From assembly GCF_963506605.1 (NCBI RefSeq), contig NC_083281.1, forward strand, positions 66,278,001 through 66,342,000: a stretch of DNA of 64,000 nucleotides. Direction: 5' to 3'. The stretch's first letter is position 1. Each line of letters begins with the position of its first letter. The position numbers and the translations under genes were made by a program. The notes below the pieces were generated by a model, which saw only the letters and a list, made by a program, of their open reading frames with translations, made no database searches and was not told where the DNA came from. Source of the stretch: Zootoca vivipara (lineage: Eukaryota). Below are positions 1-12,080 of the stretch, piece after piece.

Positions 1-130
1 AAGAAGTGGCTCTCCCCGCAGAATACAGCTTTCTCAGAATCACTCGATTTACATCTCCCCTCACAAAAACGAGTCTGCACTTTCTCCACGTGAGAAAATA
101 TTCTATTACTTTAGCAGCAGCCCATCAAAG
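1..130 (+). CDS. RBL2: RBL2 (p130) penultimate coding exon, 5'-truncated by the window edge
   Basis: Frame from base 2 reads RSGSPRRIQLSQNHSIYISPHKNESALSPREKIFYYFSSSPSK, matching the p130 C-terminal region as recalled. GT donor at 131 (AAG|GTAAAT), phase 0. Confidence 0.96.
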
Positions 131-355
131 GTAAATGTTTACTGTTGATCTCCAAACTCTTCCATTAGCTTATAAGTTAATTTAGCAAAACATTTATATA
201 TACCATTTTCTTTGTAATGTCATAGCTTTTTGAGACTGGTGTTTGTTTTTTTATGTATGTAACACATGAATCAGATTCAGAAAATCAAAATTCCCTATTT
301 GACTTGAATGAGTGGTAGACAGCATTCAATTGTTCTTATTTGTGGTATGTTTCAG

Positions 356-526
356 AGGCTTCAAGAGATCAACAGTATGATTAGAACTGGGGAGACTTCA
401 ACAAAAAAGCGTGGCATTGTCCTGGAGGAGGGGGCTGAATCACCCGCCAAGCGCATCTGCCCAGAAAATCACACGGCCCTCCTGAGGAGGCTACAAGATG
501 TGGCAAATGACAGAGGTTCTCACTGA
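356..526 (+). CDS. RBL2: RBL2 last coding exon
   Basis: Acceptor TTTCAG at 350-355, then RLQEINSMIRTGETSTKKRGIVLEEGAESPAKRICPENHTALLRRLQDVANDRGSH* (TGA 524-526), the characteristic p130 C-terminus, in frame with the previous exon. Confidence 0.97.
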   Translation, partial: RLQEINSMIRTGETSTKKRGIVLEEGAESPAKRICPENHTALLRRLQDVANDRGSH

Positions 527-1903
527 CCTGGAGTTTTATTTCTTCTTTTCCATCTGTTTTGTTGCCAGTAGTGACAGAGCTTGCAATCCTAATATCTTTG
601 AGGCACTTTCCATGGGGAAATGAAGTATTTGAGCCCTTTCCTAGGATGTGCTGCTTCTAGTACCAGGTGCACTGCAACTCTTGAAGAGGCTTCAGTCTAC
701 CATACACCAGAGGACTGCAGCACTATAATCCTGCTGAGCTAGGAAGAAGTGGAGACCGTTTCCTCCAATAGTCTTGATGCTGGGACAGAAAAGGTCACAC
801 CATCTCTTAACTTAGGTTATGCGAGTGGCAATGGCTACAGTTAAAACCACAGCTGTTTAAATTTATTGACTGAAGTGACTGAAAATAAGTCAAGTAGAAC
901 ACCTGCTGATAACTATTTTTCCTACTAAATTGAGAACATTAATTTTTTGTGCTATTTGGTAAGCCTATCGGTGTAATGCTTGGAATCAGGAGGGAAAGGG
1001 TAATTCAGAAGGTGATGATGGGACCGGTACTGTGACCTTGGCTACCTATTTCAGGAAACTGGCAGTACTGATGGCTCCAGCACACATAGCAGGCTGTAGT
1101 TAAGACTACACTGGAGCTAGACTAGAAATGGTATTTTAGGCAGTCTTTTAGTCTTTTTAATGTGCTCTTCCAGTAATTAAGATAATGGGGGGCACTTTAT
1201 GTATATACAACACTTTGGATTTTAGCTGTGCAATGTTTTAAATGAATTCCTACCCAGAGTAACTCCTAAACAACTCTAAAGCATTCTTTCGAAATGTGGA
1301 TTAGAGGTGTGGCTACTTCACAATGGCACTTTTTAAACAAAATTAAATAGCCAAACCATAATATACAAGTAGTGCTGAATTGCCTAAATTGTATTTATTC
1401 TCAAAGTGCACACTCGTAATGCTCAGCTTCTATATGAAGATTTTCTAGGGTGTGATTACCACTTGAGCAGCTTTTGACATTAAATTATGCCTTTTGCAGA
1501 AATGGCTTACCATTATGTTACAACAATGCAGGGATCCAAGTGCACTGCAATGCTTAACCTATAGACTGTTTTTACAAATTAGCACTTTTAAGAAGAAAAT
1601 GGTGACATGGACTTGCCAGCATTCAGTTTGCACAAGTCAAAGCAGCTGAAATTTGTCATGAGTGAAACAAGCAAAAGGAGGCAGTGAAAAACGGTGCACA
1701 ATCGGCCATCAAATGGGTGAGTTTTAGAGTAGTGAGATTACTCTTTTGTTAACTACCAGTGTTTCTGAGCAGTGGCCATATTGTGTTTCAATGGTAGTGT
1801 ACAAATGTTTGCAGCAAATCTACAGCAGTTTCATCCCTTTCTAAGATAAAATCAAAACTGTTAAAGCCTGCAGCGTTTTACTTCTGATTTGTTAGGTGAC
1901 CAG

Positions 1904-1906
<3 letters not shown>

Positions 1907-1953
<47 letters not shown>
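1907..1953. repeat. (TA)n microsatellite between the convergent RBL2 and AKTIP stop codons
   Basis: Uninterrupted TA dinucleotide run. Confidence 0.97.
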
Positions 1954-1960
<7 letters not shown>

Positions 1961-3488
1961 CATACACACTAGTAGTTTATAGAACTTCCACCAGCATTTA
2001 TCTTAGGATATTGATTTATTGTGTGAGTAATAGTATACCCTTGTAACTGCAGCTTCCTTGTACCAAAGAATGAATATGAAAGAGGTATAGTATGCAAAGA
2101 CATCTCTATACATACAAGGTGGAATCACCCTAAACATACATGACTTTTGAAGTGGTATTTCTAGAACATGCTTAATTTTTATTAGGCTAGGCCTATGCCC
2201 TTTAGGGATATTTTTTAAAAAAATCACTGCTGCAAAAACAAACTTACCTTTTTTCTTTAAGTAGACCAGTAATCTGTCACCAACGAACTGCTGTCTCAGG
2301 CTGTACCCAACAGGTATGAACCTCTGTATACCTGCATACTTGGTCGTGCTAGAAGCCAAGCCTGTCACATAGCACAGGAGTCTTGGGACAACCTATGTTT
2401 ACTAACCATAGTGATTAGACTGAAATTTTAAGGCGGCCTTTCTATCTAACGTTGAAGTTGATGAACTGAAACATTTCCAAGGAACGAGTGACAAGACACA
2501 TTTTACCACGATTGGTCTTTTATTTTAAGATGCCACTCTTAACACATTAGTCATGTCAGTCTCCAACCCTAGCTCTCCTTACAGATTTTATTAAATCAAC
2601 AAATGTGCACAATGAAGAGCACAGATTTTTCTTCTAGTGGTAAAAAGCTCAATGCGCTACAGTCCTGACTAATGTGCAAATTAAGGCTGCCTCTAACATT
2701 ACTTTGACACATCTTAAGGCCACTGGTATAAGATGCCTGCAAACCACATGAAGAAAAGGGTTATACATATATTTTCTTGAAAATCCTTTGAGATTTGCTA
2801 GCTGCATCCGTTTAACTTTTCTACCATATGATGCTTACAGGCAATTGGGTTGTAGGTCTAAAGATTGTTGAACAAGTTATGTTATAAGCAGCCTGTAGTG
2901 ACAATATCTATTTGGGGGAGGAAGGAAAATTAGATACACATCATACATGCCAATCTCAGCCTCACTGCCCCTAAAAGGGCTAGAAGGAATCAGAACCAAC
3001 TATTTACAAATTCCATATCCTAATGTATTTACAATAGAAACCAATGCATTTAAAAGTTTTAAATATAGTATTTTACTCTGCTATATTAGTTTACATAAAC
3101 ACAGATTACCTCTGGAAAGTGTTTTTCCCACCTGCTCTTTACATTTTTTAAAAAAAAAACCTACCCCTGGAAGGAAAATTTTAAAAGCTTTTAAAAGTAA
3201 CCCGATGAAGAACCTCAGATATTAGACCCCTGAGGCTTCCATTACCCACCAGGGTGGACTTCACTAACTGGAGTCCAGCCTTGTTAAGAGCAACTTCCAA
3301 CCTGCAGTTAAAACATATGTAAAATACCAAGAGTCTGAGCAATCCCATTGAGCAGGTTTACTTGAGTCATTGCTACCATTTAACTCTTTACTAATCCAAG
3401 TCAAGAAGGAAAGCCACTGCTTTGCTGTCTGGCTCTCCATTACATTCCCTCTTGCAGAAAGTGTTGAGTGCTTCGTCATTCACAGGAA

Positions 3489-3599
3489 CTAGGTAGGTAG
3501 AGTCTTTTCCTCTTTGCTGAAAGGCTGAACCGAGCCAGGCTTCACCCATGAGAGGCCAGACACCTGCATGCTTTTGCACTGTTGATCCTCTGCCTTCTT
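3489..3599 (-). CDS. AKTIP: AKTIP last coding exon
   Basis: Minus strand reads [36 protein letters not shown] (TAG at 3491-3489). Acceptor TTCCTAG ends at 3600. 111 nt. Confidence 0.96.
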   Translation of the reverse strand, partial: KKAEDQQCKSMQVSGLSWVKPGSVQPFSKEEKTLPT

Positions 3600-4707
3600 C
3601 TAGGAAGAAGAAAGAGCGCCATTAAGATGAACTCAATACTCGCAAAACAATGGCATTCATATTGAATTGAAAGGGCTGCTTCACATCAGCCATACTTGAA
3701 AAGAAGCCCCACACACGCAACTGTACATGCACAATTCTGTTTCCTCATGCACCATGTTGCTGATTCTTAAAAAGATCTTTGGGGGGGGGGAGGCATGATT
3801 CAGCAAGAATCCCCATTCACAGCATGTTTGCTAGTATGTACAGGTCATGGGAATATGCCCAACCTTAGGTGAGGTCAAGATGTGCCTTCCTACAAAAGCA
3901 ACAGGCAGGTAAGTCTCTAAAAAGAGAGACCCTAGGCAAACCACACATCTTGAAGGGAGCTGTTTGCAAGAGCATGTGATAAGCAGTCAGCAAACTTCCT
4001 TTGCTGCTGCAGGATCAGCGGAGACTGAGCTCCACCTTCTCTCAAGTACATGTGAGCCACAGAGGAAGCAGCAGCAAACTGCTTCAATAGTTATTTCTCC
4101 CCCCTCCCCTGTTTCAATGGCATGTTATTTTCATTGAATAGGGTTGTACATTGTCCAGGGCTATCATTGACCCTCCTTTGGGAAAAGCCTCAATCAGCTT
4201 CAGAGCAAGAAAAATGCTTTAAAATAAAGTGCCAGTAAGTAAAAATGTATAAGAGTGTCAAACACCCTACAGATTTCATATATCAAAAAAAAAAATCCAC
4301 ATGCACCTCAAACACTGCCAGGAAGAGGGCAGTCTGGGCTCTTACCTGAACTATAATATGTGCATCCACCAGTCTGAATGAGTAAGTGAGTAGGGTCCAG
4401 CCTTTGAGGGTGGAAGCAGCTCTGCTGAGGGCTTTGGGAAATAAGACCTTCCCAGCCCCAGAGAGAATTCCAGAACTCTAAAGACATACATGTAACCCTA
4501 GCAATGATAAACACGAATGTTAATAACTTGACTGGTGGATGAGCCTATTTAAGAAGATGGGGTGGTGGCAGTATGGAGAGAAGCTAAAAACCCAATCCTT
4601 CAGCTTTAGTCCAGATAAACATCTGAATTCTAGCCAGCAGAAGGGCTTCTAGGTGCAGAAGGTAGCAGGAAATGTGGTTTTTTAAAAACCCAGCATAGTA
4701 CCCTTAA

Positions 4708-5058
4708 GGTAAGGTAAAGGGACCCCTGACCATTAGGTCCAGTCGTGACCGACTCTGGGGTTGCGCGCTCATCTCGCATTATTGGCCGAGGGAGCCGGCG
4801 TATAGCTTCCAGGTCATGTGGCCAGCATGACAAAGCCGCTTCTGGTGAACCAGAGCAGCACATGGAAACGCCGTTTACCTTCCCGCTGTAGCGGTTCCTA
4901 TTTATCTACTTGCACTTTGACGTGCTTTCGAACTGCTAGGTTGGCAGGAGCTGGGACCAAGCAACGGGAGCTCACCCCGTCGCAGGGATTCGAACCGCCG
5001 ACCTTCTGATCAGCAAGCCCTAGGCTCAGTGGTTTAACCACAGCGCCACCTGGGTCCT
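4708..5058 (-). mobile_element. Sauria SINE, full length, with 13-bp TSD
   Basis: tRNA-like head with B-box GGTTCGAATCC and an (ACCTTT)-type tail on the minus strand. TSD ATAGTACCCTTAA at 4695-4707 and 5059-5071. Near-identical copies at 26746 and 46433. Confidence 0.93.
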
Positions 5059-5072
5059 ATAGTACCCTTAAC

Positions 5073-5200
5073 CAGTGCTATTTTTCTAGAAAAAGGTGCC
5101 GGAACTCACCATGAAAGCCTCCTTTGTTATCTTGAAAATGCACCCACCTGAGGGGTGCCAGATCAGAGTTTTGGTGGGTTCTGGCTGAAAAAAAGCCCTG
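5073..5200. mobile_element. short non-autonomous DNA transposon (hAT-like MITE)
   Basis: Imperfect TIRs CAGTGCTATTTTT / AAAAAAGCCCTG with internal GGTGCCGGAAC repeats. Confidence 0.6.
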
Positions 5201-5997
5201 CCTTTATCGCAATAAACTTTGACATACCAACTTTCTGCGCCCAGATCAAAAATGCTCCTTTAAGGAAGATGTTTATTTTTTTAAAGCTTGTTAATTTCTT
5301 CCTCAGTCACTTCTACATTACCATATGAGATTAGCCAGCTTAGTGCCGATCGCAGGAGTTACCGAGCCCTTGAGCAAAATGCTCCTAGAGACTCCCTCCT
5401 CACCACTTCTGTTGACACTTTCCTCTCTAAATCACAACAATATCCAAGAGAGGAGAAATACCAAAGGCTTGTGGAGGTTACTGCAATCTTCCCCTAACTG
5501 CTTGCTCACACAGAAGGAGCATGTGAAAAAGCCAGCAAAGAGAACCAATAAGACAAGAAGACTCTAGGAGCTGGCAGGGAGCCTCTTTGAGGAACATGGG
5601 TCTTGGCAGTCACCCAACAGTGCCAACCACCAACACTGAGCCAAGGCACCCTGAAGAAAGTCTTCTGGGCAAAGGAGGTATGTGGGAGGATTAAGCTCCT
5701 CCTGGAGGGAAACCCAAGCATGTCTAAAATGTTGCCACCCCCCAGCCTGCCAGCTAAACACAAATACCACTTCCTTCCCAAGTGCAGGATGTACGTTGTA
5801 GGGCCAGCACAACCACATTTACAAGACACAACTAACTCTTTAGGGCTACAATACTGCCAATGTACGTCTGAGATGAGGTTTTACAGAAACATTTCATTCG
5901 CATAGAACTTTTATCAGTTGTGCTTCATACCAAATCAATATGTCTTGCTTGTTTTCAAATCCAACTACTTTGAGCAAGCTCAATCCCTCTTACGTAC

Positions 5998-6058
5998 CTT
6001 CTGGGTCAACATCTTCTCTCTAGCTTCATCATGTATAGCTGGATTCCAGGGTGAAAAA
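5998..6058 (-). CDS. AKTIP: AKTIP coding exon 8 of 9
   Basis: (S)[22 protein letters not shown] at 6060-6059, donor AAG|GTACGT. 61 nt, phases consistent with neighbouring exons. Confidence 0.95.
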
Positions 6059-6211
6059 CTGTTAACACATAAGAACATGAGCCTGTAACTGATCTCCAAA
6101 ACTGAAATAAAATGTATCCATTGTATGATACAAATATCTTTAAAGAGACATGCAATAAGTCTGAAAGTAGTACACATGAGAATGAAAATGGCCACTTTTC
6201 TAAGTACAGTA

Positions 6212-6437
6212 CAGTGGTACTCTACTTATGAATTTAATGTGTTCCGAACACACATTTGTAAGTCGAAAAAAATTGTAAGTCGAATCCAATAGGAATGCAT
6301 TGGGAGAAAAAATTCATAAGTCGAAGCAACCCTATCTAAAAATTCATAAGTAGAAAAAATCCTTTCTAAACCGCATCCAAGATGGCAGACGGAGCTCCAT
6401 TCGTAAGTAGAAAAATTCATAAGTAGAGGTACCACTG
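6212..6437. mobile_element. Tc1/mariner (Tigger/pogo-like) MITE
   Basis: TA TSD on both sides. TIRs CAGTGGTACTCTACTTATGAATTT / AAATTCATAAGTAGAGGTACCACTG, with internal TAAGT(C/A)GAA repeats. Confidence 0.88.
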
Positions 6438-6642
6438 TATATCAATGGGACACCACAAGTATTTGTGCTTGCTTACACACTTCAAACAACAAAATTGGCA
6501 AAGTAATTATTCACTCTACAGTAGCTTTCCCAGCCTGCTGCCCTCTAGACATTTTGGACTACAACTCCCATACTTCCTGACCACTGACAATGCTGGCTAG
6601 AGATGATAGGAGTAGTATTAGTCTAACACAATCTAGGAGGGT

Positions 6643-6770
6643 GTTCTCGAAGCTATGAACATGAGTTTGACCAAACTGCGGGAGGCAGTGGAAGACAGGA
6701 GTGCCTGGTGTGCTCTGGTCCATGGGGTCACGAAGAGTTGGACACGACTAAACGACTAAACAACAACATC
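6643..6770 (+). mobile_element. Bov-B (RTE) LINE 3' fragment nested in a degenerate MER5-like hAT MITE (about 6519-6801)
   Basis: Matches the 3' end of the long Bov-B copy at 52230-53294, with a (CAA)n tail. TSD ATCTAGGAGGGT at 6631-6642 and 6771-6782. Confidence 0.88.
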
Positions 6771-7129
6771 ATCTAGGAGGGTACCAGGTTGAGGAATGCT
6801 GCTGTACAGATAATCTCTGTAAATTTACTTCAGCTACAAAATGTATTCTATTTATGCTAAGAGGATTAATTTATAACAGTGTTTGAAGGTTGGGCTGCTG
6901 TGACGGTGAAGTCATCCCAGCTGAAAGGTGAAGGGAAAGAGAGAACACAATTTGGAAGCAAGCACAACACAAGAGACGGGAACGCATTGCAGGCCCGGCA
7001 GCATTGGAGCCAGTGGCAAGGTGAAAGCACATGTGGCCATGCAACAGAAGAGAGGGCAACATTGTTGGAATGAAAGAAGGTCTTAATTCTATTGATTACA
7101 GATTGCAGATGTAGGCATTAGATATGTCT

Positions 7130-7860
7130 CCAAAGATCAACCAGTCAGTCTACTGGTTGGTGGTAAAACGGTGTTGACTAAGGCTAAGGGTATCCCTGCA
7201 ATGTGCATCATATCCAGGCAACCTGCCAAGATCACCAATGGGCTATGGCGCATCCACTCCTGAGCGAAATATCTGGACATAAAACGACTCCCCAGACTCC
7301 TTTAGGAGGATACCCAGGACAGCAGAGCAGGGGGGCTTCATGGACTAAGGATCCAACCAAATGCCTTTTCCACCAAGAAGTCGCGACAATTGCCATGAGG
7401 TAGGCAAAACTCGTAGACAGGCCCAATTGCTCTGCAATGAACATTCATCCCTGGCCCCAAATACATTGACCAAGGTAATCCATAGCAAAGTCCAGGAAGG
7501 GTATGCCTCCTAAAATTCAGGCAAATCATACTCCCTGAAAAGGAGGGAGGGGAATCCAGTGCTGACTACTGTCTGGGCTCCCGGCCGGCCGGCTTTATAT
7601 GCCCAGGGAGTAGGTAGGAAGGAAAAAGTTCTCTCTTGGCTCTGCTCCCAAGCTCTACCCCCTCACTATGCCTTTGATTAGCCACACAGGTGAGTCCTTG
7701 GGAATTGGCACAGCAAGAAGAGATGGAAGTGCCTTTTCCTGCCATGCCAAAGCCAAGGGAGGATGGGGATGTCCAGCCCCTGCCAGGGCCACAGCAGAGC
7801 TGCAACAGCCTCTCCCAGTGAGGCACGGCAGGAACAGATGTTTGTTGCTTACATGTTGCA
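7130..7860 (-). mobile_element. possible decayed LTR-retroelement relic (LTR plus gag-like sequence)
   Basis: Minus-strand TATA-like CATATAAAG near 7593-7601, followed by broken ORFs with a weakly gag-like FAYLMAIVATSWW segment. No PBS or TSD identified. Confidence 0.3.
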
Positions 7861-7962
7861 GAAGTGAACAGGGGCACCGTAACTTTCATTTTTTTTTTGA
7901 TGCACAAATACCTTAAAAACACTGCTAATATGCCACATGACAACTGTAGTACAATTTCCTAC

Positions 7963-8070
7963 CTAATTGCATAGGGATCCTCTATTTTTGGTGGATCAAA
8001 TAAGTGACTGCTGCATAATTTCACACTGTCAACCACCTTACTCTTGAAAAGTTGAATATCCTTCTCATAC
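7963..8070 (-). CDS. AKTIP: AKTIP coding exon 7 of 9
   Basis: [35 protein letters not shown](S). AG and GT junctions, 108 nt. Confidence 0.96.
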
Positions 8071-8658
8071 CTAAGAGAGAGACAAAGACAAAAAAGGAGA
8101 CACATTAGATGAAATCAGTAGCCACAATGCCAAGGCTAAGACAGGAGAAAGGCCCAGACAAAATGCCATTTCCACCCAACTGGCATAATCAGGCTAAACT
8201 GTGAGCCTCCTATTCTACAGCAAGCCTTCTCCAACCTGGTGCCCTTTATCAGCTCTTATTTGTACTCCAAGCTATCTGCAGGCACTAGATTGAGGAAAGC
8301 TGCCACAGCCAATGCAAAATAGAGAAATGCCACATACCTACAACCTATCAGCTATCGGGAAAGCACAAGGCTCTTTGCCCAAATGTGTGATGTTAGTTAC
8401 AGGGCAGGACACATCGCATCACAAGTGCAGAGGAAGAGTAAATTGCCATGTACCTGCACCACACTAAAAATCTTCCTATCCAGGTTGGCCCCTCACATAT
8501 GTGTGTCTAAATGTCAGAAGCCAATTCTAGGAACATGCAGCTAAAAATCAATTCTGGTACCAATGCATATAGGAATATCCATGACATTTGGTAAGATGCA
8601 TGTACTTGTGAGAAAACCTGGAGTAGTACTAGAAAGTTCAACCCTGATAGTAACTCAC

Positions 8659-8757
8659 AGCACAGCAGCCTCAGGATTCAAAGGACTGGTTGTGTCAATC
8701 TTGTAGAAGACCCTTCGAGCGTACATCAGTATTTGCCATATATGGTTATGGTTTCGC
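8659..8757 (-). CDS. AKTIP: AKTIP coding exon 6 of 9
   Basis: [32 protein letters not shown](L). Donor CT|GTGAGT, 99 nt. Confidence 0.96.
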
Positions 8758-8854
8758 CTTTAGGAGAAGCACAAGAAAGCCACAGCAGCACATTTAGTGA
8801 AGCACCCAGACATAACTTCTGTTCAATACTTGCATTCTAGAGCATCACACTGAC

Positions 8855-8943
8855 CTCCACTTGGTGAATGCTCTTTTCACATCCAGTTCACCTGAGGTGG
8901 GATCTACTAGTGGGTGGAAGATGGGCAGATCAAAAACCAAGCG
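8855..8943 (-). CDS. AKTIP: AKTIP coding exon 5 of 9 (UEV pseudo-active site)
   Basis: [29 protein letters not shown](R). The E2-like HPxV...GELD motif has Asp where active E2s have the catalytic Cys. 89 nt. Confidence 0.96.
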
Positions 8944-9219
8944 CTGAAAGACAAAACCAAGCTGATAAGCAACCTTACAGATTAGCTGATGGGCTATTAA
9001 CCTCTCTGCCTATTATACATGCAGAACTAACCTTTTGCATTAAAAATGCTTCCCTCTTTGGTCAGTGGAGAGGTTGTTATGTAGCTCAGCCAACTGACTA
9101 GTTACAAACCTAGAACAATATTCTGATAACATATTTTGATAACATGCAGCATGAAAGGATGCCTATTTACTCTTATATGCCACCTTGCAAGGTAAAGCCT
9201 TCCCAAGGCAGCTTAAAAA

Positions 9220-9790
9220 GTATACCTGAAGGAACGTCTCTTCCCCCATTGTTCACTGAGATCTTCCTCCAGGGGTCTTCTGCTGGTTCCCTCACTGCAA
9301 GAAGCAAGGTTACAGGGAACCCGGCAGAGGGCCTTCTTGGTGGTGGCGCCCTCCCTGTGGAACACCCTCCCTGAAGATGTCAGGGAAATAAACAACTACA
9401 GTGGTACCTCTGGTTACAAACTTAACTCATTCCGGAGGTCCGTTCTTAACCCCAAACCGTTCTTAACCTGAGGTACCACTTTAGCTAATGAGGCCTCCTG
9501 CTGCCACCACACTATTTCTGCTCTCATCCTGAGGTAAAGTTCTTAACCCAAGGTACTATTTCTGGGTTAGCGGAGTCTGTAACCCAAAGTGTTTGTAACC
9601 CGCGGTACCACTGTATCTGACTTAGAAGACGTCTGAAGGCAGCCCTGTATCGAGAAGTTTTTTATGTTTGATGTTTTTGTATGTTCTTATATGTGCTGTG
9701 AGCCACCCAGAGTGGCTGGGGAAATCCAGCCAAATGGGTGGGGTATGAATAAAATTATTTATTATTTATTTTTATTTTTATTATTATTAG
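9220..9790 (+). mobile_element. L2-clade LINE 3' fragment, interrupted by a mariner MITE
   Basis: Homologous to 32650-33011 (YLKERL...RAFSVVAP..WN.LP coding remnant, GCCACCCAGAGTGGCTGGGG 3' UTR, TTA-rich tail). Confidence 0.85.
9399..9613. mobile_element. Tc1/mariner MITE
   Basis: TA|CAGTGGTACCTCTGGTTACAAAC ... GTTTGTAACCCGCGGTACCACTG|TA. Confidence 0.9.
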
Positions 9791-11424
9791 AAAGGGGGGA
9801 AAGCTTCATATACATGAGAATGTTAGGTGTATGTTAGGTATCCAAGCACAATACAGGAGATATTTCTACATGTAACTAAATTGCTGCTTTTGATGGCTTC
9901 AGCAAATGTGGTAGGTAGCTAGAGAAAAGACAGCTCTGGCTGGCACTGTATTAATGAATTAAAGGACATGGGTAGGCAGGGAGCAGAGATGTACCTTCAG
10001 AGAATGCAAGCCCTCAAAAGGCACAATTCTCTCTGAGCACACTGAATTCCAGGTGAGAGATGGAGGCTGGTAAAGAGCCAGTCTCAGCTGCACCTTCTCT
10101 TCCCCTCCCCAGTCCCCTGACAAAGTGACCAATCATCTGTCCTATGTGAATGAGCCTGTAATGCTTTACTAAACTGTAGTTTAATATTTTGTGCTAAGGT
10201 ATTGCAGGAGGTTTTTTATCCTGAAAGGTGGGATACAAAGGACTAAAATAAATTGACTATTGCATTGCATTTCCTGGGAAACCAGAACTATTTCTAGTTT
10301 GTACACCACTTTTCAGCTACAATTTGTTCTGAAAGCAGCTTACAATTATATCCATAGAAAGGGGCAATACAAGTAGGAATTTGGGTAGGGCATGCAACTA
10401 ATCTAAAAGCATTTGCAATTGGCTAAAATGTGTTGCTGGTGGATCATAGGGATGTGGATTGGCTTGGTGGAGGGGTGCGGGGAGCAAGTAACTATGAGAA
10501 TCAGGCTTCTTTTTATTCAGTGAAGCCCAGAACACTTAATTACAGAACCAAGTGGAATTAGAGCACAGAGCAACTCAGGAACAGACCTCAATAAAAAAAT
10601 TTAATGCAGTGACACAGTTAAGAGAAACTTTGTTGACCATGCACACTCCTAGTAGATACCATGTTAAATATTTAAATACCTTTTAAATTTAAGCACTGTT
10701 AATTTCTTAAAGTAGCCTCTACCGTTAGAAGCTTAGTGCCCACTGTGTTCTGCCAAAAACTGCTCTGCCCATTGCCATAAAAACGTCCAAGCTTGGCTGA
10801 CTCTCTTGCCTTTTGAAATCTGCCAGAGCCAACAGAGGAAACCGAAGTTGGTAAACAAGAACGTTCTGCTGCTTGATCCAAGGAGTCTGATTTTAAGAGC
10901 AGATCTCCAAAAGCAATAAAAACATAACTGTGGATAGCAGATGTGGCCAGATCATTTAACTAAGAGAACAAAGCTATGGCAGGCAAATGTTTCTACAGAT
11001 AACTAAATATCATCATAGCTGAATCTCAAACAATCTCACTTGCTAGGAACAGCTAAGACTTACTACCACCAGAGAAAGTAAGAAATTACCCTCTGCTGAC
11101 AATAAATGGAAGCGTCAAGAGTTGGCATCATATAAATAGCTAAGAGAATGGTTCAAATCTCTCCTGCCACAAATGCACTAGGTGGCCTTAGGCTAACTAT
11201 TATATGTATTTTAGCATCCACCCCATTCTCCTTAAAATATTTTAATACTGGCTTTTAAATTGTTGTAACCTTCCCTAAGACCTTATGGTGAATGCACAGT
11301 AACCAACAAACAAACAAAAAAACAATAATATCTCACACCAGCAATATGGAGATATACTGACCTACCTTAAAAGCTGCAACAATAACATATGTGAAGCACT
11401 CCTGAATGTTTTAAAAGAGCTCTA

Positions 11425-11673
11425 CAGTGGTACCTTGGGTTGAGTACCCAATCCGTTCCAGGGTGCCGTTCGCACCCCGAAAAGTACTCAACCCGAGCGC
11501 AATAGAGCGTGTGCGTGAAGCACCAATAGAGCACTTCTGCGCACGTGCGAAGCGCGCAGAACACTTCTGCGCATGCGCGCACAGCAGACCCCGGAAGTAA
11601 ACACTTCCGGGTCTGCTGAGTACACAACCTGAAAGTACGCAACCCGTAGCATACTCAAACTGAGGTATGATTT
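11425..11673. mobile_element. Tc1/mariner MITE with internal palindromes
   Basis: TA|CAGTGGTACCTTGGGTTGAGTA start and a degenerate matching end TACTCAAACTGAGGTATGATT. Internal hairpin CAGCAGACCCCGGAAGT-AAAC-ACTTCCGGGTCTGCTG. Confidence 0.8.
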
Positions 11674-11827
11674 TATAAATGCAAAGTGTTATGTAAGCCA
11701 GAATTGCCAGTTCCTCCATGGTCTAGCTTGCTGAGCAAAGCCCTGTCCTAGAAGAGAAACATCACATGCCCCACAGCCAACTAAGCAAGTCCACAAATGA
11801 TGGACGTTTCAGCCTACTGATACTTAC

Positions 11828-11928
11828 TGGGCAGTCACCATCTGGGTAGTTGTCAGGGATGTAGACTGTAAATTTAAACACACCATCCTGGTACAATCCG
11901 TGCCTTATGAATATTACTCCAAACCACA
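11828..11928 (-). CDS. AKTIP: AKTIP coding exon 4 of 9
   Basis: (M)[33 protein letters not shown]. Donor CCA|GTAAGT, 101 nt. Confidence 0.97.
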
Positions 11929-12015
11929 CTGCAAAAGAAAAAAAGAAAGATGATGAGATGTAAAAAGTAAATAAATAGCTTTGCTATAGGAAGAAAAACA
12001 CAGAGATATACTTAC

Positions 12016-12080
12016 TTAACGCTGATTGGTAAGAAGGTTGCACATAGACACCTGGCAGCTTCTGCTTCACAACCAACGTG
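12016..12080 (-). CDS. AKTIP: AKTIP coding exon 3 of 9
   Basis: (F)TLVVKQKLPGVYVQPSYQSAL(M). Donor A|GTAAGT, 65 nt. Confidence 0.96.

Noticed and set aside
308-355. ATG-initiated 72-aa ORF as a stand-alone gene
   Set aside because: The first 16 codons are intron. The homologous part starts at the acceptor at 355/356 and is RBL2's last exon.
4975-5058. tRNA gene
   Set aside because: The A-box and B-box belong to the SINE head and there is no complete cloverleaf. The same applies to the other SINE copies.
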